DNA of 64,000 nt from an uncultured virus (IMG/VR IMGVR_UViG_3300037419_002114) (lineage: Duplodnaviria; Heunggongvirae; Uroviricota; Caudoviricetes): the IMG/VR virus record IMGVR_UViG_3300037419_002114; one strand, 5' to 3'. The notes below the pieces were generated by a model. It did not search any database. It was not told where the DNA came from and saw nothing but the letters and a program-made list of their open reading frames with translations. Both the position numbers and the translations under genes were made by a program. This document shows positions 58,483 through 64,000 of the stretch, piece by piece. Numbering within the stretch: position 1 is the first letter of the stretch; every line of letters starts with the position of its first letter.

Positions 58483-61400
58483 TATCCCATCAATCCTCCA
58501 GACACTTGAATTTCTCTTGCGAGTGCTCGTGCAATCTTATCGATATCCTCTTCGTTGCGAACGTTGAAGGTATTACCTGTTACGATAACGCCACCGCCTT
58601 CACCACTTGAAGCATTATTTCGATAGTTGCTTGCTGCCCCACGTGGTAGAATCATCTCATCTTTGTGGATGTAATGAAGTCCATCCGTAGGAACTCGCCA
58701 CAATCCGCCTGCATTATGCGAAGGTGTTACGCCGCCTAATACATTGCCGACAACGTTTGTAACCGTACCGATAAATTGACCAATCGCACCGAAGATGCCA
58801 CCGCCACCACCGGAAATAGCAGGAATTGGAGCAGAGTTAATCGCTTGTGCTGCTGCGTTTTGTGTCGCTTGAATCACCTTTTGGTCACGTTGAGCAACCG
58901 CAGAACCAATTTGACTTCCAAGAACGTTTGCACCACTCGTTGCAGAAGTCGTAGACGACTGAACACTTGTCGTGATGTTATTAACATACTGCTGAAGCGT
59001 ATTCTGAAGCGTAAACCCATCCTTTTGAACAGGAAGTCCGTTATTCATCAACTGTGCAATTGCCGCGTCTTGACGAGCCTTCGCTTCCGGAGCCATTGCA
59101 AGCGGATGCTGAGGAGTTGGGTCGTATGCTCCGACTTTGTTTTTAATATACGTTTCCAACTGTTGCTGAACAATCAAATCGTCATTGAACGATGTGAACG
59201 GATTATGACCGTATTGAGCACGAGTAAACATCTTCGTAAACCACGATTGGTTCATGATGTTAGAAGGAGTATCGGCATTAGGGTCAGCCGCCTTCATCAC
59301 TTGTCCGCTACCTGTACCATATTTTTTAATATAGTTATCAGCAGTCATGGAGTTTTTAGCCATCGTGCGTTGAAGCATTGCATCTTTATCTTTTTGGGTA
59401 CTTGTTGCAAGATTATTCATCGCAATGCCAGCCGCCTTTTGACCATCCCAAGCCGTAATTCCACCTAAGAGAAGATCAACGATCGGATTTCCAAGACCTA
59501 AAAACGTACCTACTTTTCCAAGTTTACCAAAGAAAGAACCAGTACGAAGTGCTTTTGCTTCGATATTTGCATCTTCAAGTGCTTTAGCTTTAGCCGCATC
59601 TTGAAGTATTTTTTGTTGACGTGCTTCTTCCAAACTTACAACCTTACTAGAAGGTTTTGTTTCGGTTACCGTAGACGATTTCGGAATACCATTTTCTTTC
59701 GGTGTAGTTGTCTTGGTTGTTGAACCAAGTTTTGTTTCTTCCGCACCTACCGCCTTTGGAATGACTTCCTCAACTGCACCAGCACCTTTTAGTTTTTGAA
59801 CAAGAGCACCACCTCCGTTTACGAGTCCAGAGATAAGCACAAAGTCTAAAAGAGTGTTTCCTAAATGCGACATATAACTTCCTGCATCGGTAGAATCTTT
59901 CGGAGTAGCTGTGCCGTTAATCGCAAGTGTACCAAGCGTTCCTGCGATACCGCCTAGAAGGGCATTCGTAGTAGCGGTATTGGTTGCTACGGTGCTAACC
60001 GAATTAGAAACGGTAGCTGCCGCTTCAGTCGATGCAGCCTTGAAGCAATCGCAACATCCACACTCTGCAACTTGTCCGAGTGTTGGCCCGCCACCTTTCG
60101 GACTTCCGCCTGTTGGTGTTGTTCCACCACCGGGTCCAGAAGGAGGTGTCCATGTTGGAGGTTGTATGTTCATTTTCTTCGTTCCAAGAACTCGACTCCA
60201 TACATCCCAAGCATTTGTTAAAGCCGTAAGACCTGCGGTAACGAAACCTGCACCGAATAGAATCTCAACGACTCGACCAGTTCCGCCACTATCCCAAATG
60301 CCCTTCAGTGCTCCGATGATCGCATCGCCAATATCACCAAGCCACTCCTTGCCGTGTGCCTGCAATTCTTGACCAACCGCTTTAAAACCATCTTTCATAA
60401 GTCCTTTTAAGAAGTTGCCAAGAGCAGAAAGAATCGGTGCTCCAAACGTATCAAAAATGAACTTAAAACCATCAGCAAGGCTTTGACCCCACTCTTTTAG
60501 TTTCTCTTGGTTTCCTTTATCAGAAGCCCACTTTTTAATCGAATCTCCGATTACAGTTAAAGCCCCTTTAAACTTCCCACCAAGTGTAGTTGCGTTCTTA
60601 ACAAGAGGGCTATTCGCAATGGTACTACCAAAATCACCGAACCATTTGCCAATCGCATTCCCAGCCTTTTGAATTTTTTCTTGGTTATCCAAAAGGAAGT
60701 TATTGATGACTTTAAACATATTGCTCAAAGGTGTTAAAAGCGGAGTGAAAAGGTTCACGCCAGTAATTTGCATTGCCGTTCCGAATTGCGATACATCAAA
60801 ACCAGTGGTCGATTGCATGTTCGAAAACATTTGGTCGAGTGTTTGCTTTTGAATGTTCGTTTCGAAATCTTTGATCGCTTGACCATTATTTTCACCTTGA
60901 TCAAACAATTGAGCAAACATACGAATCCCACGTGTACCACCGATGGTGTTAAACGCTTTATCCATCTCATCCGGTGCTAAATGGTTCTGTTCGAATGTTT
61001 TACGAACAATGGTCGAAATGGTCTGCAAGTTTTTGAGTTCACCGTTTTGGTCATAGAAAATCGAACGACCATTCTTATCCAACCAATCTTGTTTATTACC
61101 CTGGTCATCCGTGTAATGAAGAGATTTAAAGATGGCTTGTGCAGGTTTTGTCGAAGGCTGAAGCCTTTCCAGACCTACCTTTATGAGCGTTCCGGCATCT
61201 TGGCCTTTATATATACCCTTCTGACTCATGAGTCCAATCCATGCCGCGTTATCAAGGAAACTCATCCCTTGCTGAGCGGTAATGTTACCGGATTGCATCA
61301 TACCTAATGCGATATCTTGTGGGTCGGTTACGGCTTGGTTCGAAACACCTGCGATAATGTTCGCAACCAATTCTGCACCGTTCATATTCTGTCCGCCCCA

Positions 61401-62663
61401 GTTCATACCGTTTTGCAGTTGTTTATCATGGTTGAACGTGGTAAGCATCGTAGCAATCAACTGACCGGATTTAACCGTATCAAAACCAGTTGCTTTCGAA
61501 AGTTCCATTGAGTTCATCAAAACGCCTTGCTTATAGTCGGAAGCAGAAGGAGCAAGTCCGTTTTTCGTACCTGTCATCTGATTAACAGAAATACCTGCTT
61601 TACCTAACTCTTGAACCGCTGCGAGTGTTTCATCAAGGCTAGAGCCTGTTTGAAGGGCAACGTTTCGAGTCAGCAAATCCAAAACTCCGCCACCATTAGC
61701 ATATTTTTGATCGCCTGCATCCAAAACCGTTCGAACGCCAGCGAGTCCTTTTTGATAATCAATGGCAGTCTTTAGTCCAGCAACTGTAAGTCCTGCCGTT
61801 GCAAACTCACCCATCCCTAAAATATTAGAAGGGGAAAGATATCCGCCTGCGGTTAATAGGTTTGTACTCGCTCCCACAATGGCATTTTTCGTGGTGTTAA
61901 ATACACTTTTCACGCCACCTGTTCCGAGTTTTCCATAACTTTTTAAAAGAGTTGAACGTGCATCGTCAATCTCTTTATTTTGGCGGTTAATCTCCGAGTT
62001 CTGCCGAGAAACTGCAGACTTCTGTTGAATAAAATCACGATACGCATGAGAATATTCGCTATTATACGCCTGCAAGTCGTATCTACGTTGAGCCAAATCA
62101 TCTCGAAATTGCATCGAGTTTGTTCGTGCATCGTAATAAGAAGCACGAGAATTGTTCAAGCCTACTCGTGAATTATTCAGTTGCTTATCGAGTTTCGCTT
62201 GTTGTTTCACGCCTGGAATAGACGCTTGAATCCGAGAAGCATTCGCAAGTTTTTCGGTTGCTTTCGCATCCTCAAGTTTTGCAGAAGTAACGGTTTTATA
62301 CGCTTTCGCTTCTTCGTTTAAAAGTTTCGTACCGTTTTTAACGGTGTTCGTTAAAACCCGATCTTCCGTTTTTAATGCATCAGAGAGGGAGTTAATAAGA
62401 CCAGTGGTTTCTTTTAGTGACTTAATCATATTATTCATATAACCAAGTGACCCAGCACCGCCATATCCACCGCCGCCTAGAGCCGTACCGCCGGACTTCA
62501 TGACGTTCTTTTGTGCTTCTTCCATCAGCATTAACGCTTCGGTCGTCTTGTAAATCTGATCTTCAAACGCAATCAGTTTTGCAAGGGCTTTATCCATTTT
62601 AGAAGAAAAGTCATCTTGAAGTTTGAGTGTTGCGGTTAAATCAAATCCACCCATTCCAGCCAC
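58482..62663 (-). CDS. Tape measure protein
   Basis: 1393 aa, FDLTATLKLQDDFS start, ELGKAG and G..AGT core motifs, position after tail chaperones. Confidence 0.92.
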   Translation of the reverse strand: MAGMGGFDLTATLKLQDDFSSKMDKALAKLIAFEDQIYKTTEALMLMEEAQKNVMKSGGTALGGGGYGGAGSLGYMNNMIKSLKETTGLINSLSDALKTEDRVLTNTVKNGTKLLNEEAKAYKTVTSAKLEDAKATEKLANASRIQASIPGVKQQAKLDKQLNNSRVGLNNSRASYYDARTNSMQFRDDLAQRRYDLQAYNSEYSHAYRDFIQQKSAVSRQNSEINRQNKEIDDARSTLLKSYGKLGTGGVKSVFNTTKNAIVGASTNLLTAGGYLSPSNILGMGEFATAGLTVAGLKTAIDYQKGLAGVRTVLDAGDQKYANGGGVLDLLTRNVALQTGSSLDETLAAVQELGKAGISVNQMTGTKNGLAPSASDYKQGVLMNSMELSKATGFDTVKSGQLIATMLTTFNHDKQLQNGMNWGGQNMNGAELVANIIAGVSNQAVTDPQDIALGMMQSGNITAQQGMSFLDNAAWIGLMSQKGIYKGQDAGTLIKVGLERLQPSTKPAQAIFKSLHYTDDQGNKQDWLDKNGRSIFYDQNGELKNLQTISTIVRKTFEQNHLAPDEMDKAFNTIGGTRGIRMFAQLFDQGENNGQAIKDFETNIQKQTLDQMFSNMQSTTGFDVSQFGTAMQITGVNLFTPLLTPLSNMFKVINNFLLDNQEKIQKAGNAIGKWFGDFGSTIANSPLVKNATTLGGKFKGALTVIGDSIKKWASDKGNQEKLKEWGQSLADGFKFIFDTFGAPILSALGNFLKGLMKDGFKAVGQELQAHGKEWLGDIGDAIIGALKGIWDSGGTGRVVEILFGAGFVTAGLTALTNAWDVWSRVLGTKKMNIQPPTWTPPSGPGGGTTPTGGSPKGGGPTLGQVAECGCCDCFKAASTEAAATVSNSVSTVATNTATTNALLGGIAGTLGTLAINGTATPKDSTDAGSYMSHLGNTLLDFVLISGLVNGGGALVQKLKGAGAVEEVIPKAVGAEETKLGSTTKTTTPKENGIPKSSTVTETKPSSKVVSLEEARQQKILQDAAKAKALEDANIEAKALRTGSFFGKLGKVGTFLGLGNPIVDLLLGGITAWDGQKAAGIAMNNLATSTQKDKDAMLQRTMAKNSMTADNYIKKYGTGSGQVMKAADPNADTPSNIMNQSWFTKMFTRAQYGHNPFTSFNDDLIVQQQLETYIKNKVGAYDPTPQHPLAMAPEAKARQDAAIAQLMNNGLPVQKDGFTLQNTLQQYVNNITTSVQSSTTSATSGANVLGSQIGSAVAQRDQKVIQATQNAAAQAINSAPIPAISGGGGGIFGAIGQFIGTVTNVVGNVLGGVTPSHNAGGLWRVPTDGLHYIHKDEMILPRGAASNYRNNASSGEGGGVIVTGNTFNVRNEEDIDKIARALAREIQVSGGLMG

Positions 62664-62680
62664 GTTTATCCCCCCTCTGA

Positions 62681-62899
62681 TTATTGTTTATTGCGTAACT
62701 GTTGCTTGCGTATCTCTTTTTGCCGTTTTTCAAATTCATCTTGTTCATCCTCCAACTGGGTGATCATCGATGCATAGATGAATCGCTTTTGTCCATAGGG
62801 GAGGTTATAGATTTCATGGGGCAGAATGTGATGACGCTGAAAAATAATATGGAGCAGGCGTGCCTCTGGATCTGAGTCATCGCCTGCCCCCTTAATTAG
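62681..62899 (-). CDS. Tail assembly chaperone extension (-1 frame)
   Basis: Open frame LIKGAGDD..HILPHEIYNLP..KRFIYASM overlapping the chaperone stop, with no clear start/RBS of its own. Confidence 0.75.
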   Translation of the reverse strand, partial: LIKGAGDDSDPEARLLHIIFQRHHILPHEIYNLPYGQKRFIYASMITQLEDEQDEFEKRQKEIRKQQLRNKQ

Positions 62900-63285
62900 T
62901 CCTTTATTTCGTCCTCACTGTCCGCATAGCCACTTAGTGCCATAATCTCTCCGGACAAACGAGAAATCTCACCTGGTAAGAATAGTTCCTGTACTGCATC
63001 AATGGCAGAACCATATTGTGCTACAATTTGCATATCATTGAGGTTAGGGTCAATGACACCATTTGCGATAATCAACATCCCAAATTGCACTTCATCAAGT
63101 TGGCTTTCATTTTTCTTGCCTGGCACTGGGAATGTTGCTTGCTCACGAAGGCGTTGCAAAAGTTTGTAGTCAATCGACTGCAATTTAAAATCTGCATCAA
63201 ACCGTTTCATGTAGAATGTTTTGGTAGGTTTCGTTCCTCCAACTGCAAGCAGTTTGCTCAAAAGATCGTCATTTTTCTTAGTCAT
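62896..63285 (-). CDS. Tail assembly chaperone (XkdN-like)
   Basis: LREQAT, DPNLND, FLPGE..LSGY; between tube and tape measure. Confidence 0.88.
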   Translation of the reverse strand: MTKKNDDLLSKLLAVGGTKPTKTFYMKRFDADFKLQSIDYKLLQRLREQATFPVPGKKNESQLDEVQFGMLIIANGVIDPNLNDMQIVAQYGSAIDAVQELFLPGEISRLSGEIMALSGYADSEDEIKD

Positions 63286-63339
63286 CGTAATTTTCCTCCA
63301 AAGTTTTTCATAAGTTTTTGTTTTTTAGCATAATATAAA

Positions 63340-63370
63340 AAAAGCAGGGGGCAATAAGCCCCCTTTTAAA
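63340..63370 (-). terminator. Intrinsic terminator after tail tube gene
   Basis: GGGGGC..GCCCC stem with a T run on the - strand. Confidence 0.7.
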
Positions 63371-63386
63371 TAAACGGTTATTCTTT

Positions 63387-64000
63387 TTATACAGGGCGAA
63401 TCGTAGAAAGAAACTCGAAACTGTCGAAAGTGAACGGAAGTTCTTCTTTGACAATATCGCCAACAGTGAACTTCAACACGTCAATCTTGTCGAAAGACAC
63501 GCCCTTCACACGAATGCGAAGCGATTGTCCGTTAGGCGAATCCGGGTCAGCAGCCGAGAAAATCAACTCGGTAACCCAAGGCTTTTTGGTATCGTCCATA
63601 ACTTGGGCGATGTTTTCAAGGAACTCAGTCGTAACTTTATCTTTTCTACCCTGTCTTTCGACATATTTGCATAGGGAATAGACTATACCACACACTCATT
63701 GAGTGTCCTCTTGGTAGTCGTTGGGGGCACGCCATTACGCTTATCCCTGCTGATTGTCCAATCCTAAGAATTTTTACACTTTGGTATCTTAGGCTCTAAG
63801 GAGTTTCCAGCATATTCGAGGTTTGCTATAAGCATCACTGCTTAAAGGGGCTATACGTTAACCCAGTTAAATGACCAGTTCCTTTAAAACCAACAATCTT
63901 ATTACCGATAGAACGTGTACCTGCACGTTTAATTTCGGTCTTTTGAAGGTCAACAGAGATTTCTCCACTGTCAGCATTCATCAACCATTGTCCACCATAG
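63387..64000 (-). CDS. Tail tube protein (XkdM-like), partial, two exons (>64000-63861, 63640-63387)
   Basis: Spliced reading GFKGTGHLTG-Y-KVTTEF...DPDSP..VSFD..EELPFTF. Confidence 0.88.
63641..63860 (-). ncRNA. Group I intron in tail tube gene (220 nt, no ORF)
   Basis: Exon GGGT pairs with GCCC (U-G at splice site); ends ...GAAAAG; P10 TAACGTAT/ATAAAGTTA; core ATGCTGGAAA, AATCAGCAG, AACGACTA, GGTATAGTCT. Confidence 0.92.

Noticed and set aside
58776..60372. Long + strand ORFs (230 aa, 153 aa)
   Set aside because: Antisense shadows of the tape measure gene
62835..62865. EARLLHIIF in the tail chaperone extension resembling the RLLxLF tag
   Set aside because: Internal helix of a structural chaperone; probably coincidental, and a caution that the motif is low-complexity
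63387..63695. 102-aa ORF starting MCGIVYS
   Set aside because: The N-terminal 18 codons are intron sequence; the rest is tail tube exon 2
1..64000. tRNA or rRNA genes
   Set aside because: No cloverleaf or T-loop signature noticed by eye; tRNAscan-SE would be needed to exclude them fully

Overview
Almost the whole genome of a contractile-tailed (PBSX/Xkd-type tail) phage of a Bacillales-like host; no host DNA is visible. Head genes run off the left edge and the tail tube gene enters at the right edge on the same (-) strand, so the genome is probably circular or permuted, with only the capsid, connector and sheath genes outside the window. Modules: head/packaging (1-8.8 kb, -); tyrosine recombinase; AdoMet decarboxylase and two DNA methyltransferases (9.8-14.2 kb, -); a gene-poor, repeat-rich divergence region with modular early-gene cassettes (14.2-24.4 kb); a compact control locus (sRNA, RHH protein, dif-like site; 24.4-25.3 kb); replication and nucleotide metabolism (26-47 kb, +); lysis, tail fibre, baseplate, tape measure and tube (48-64 kb, -). 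Three ORF-less group I introns can be spliced by eye (two in terL, one in the tail tube gene). The most unusual signal is a candidate early-gene control system with four parts: a shared promoter-embedded TCTAACTGTT box, a shared 5' leader, a separately transcribed ~95-nt sRNA complementary to that leader and its Shine-Dalgarno, and a shared C-terminal RLLxLF-type tag on many otherwise unrelated small proteins. All calls come from reading the sequence; no database searches were run.
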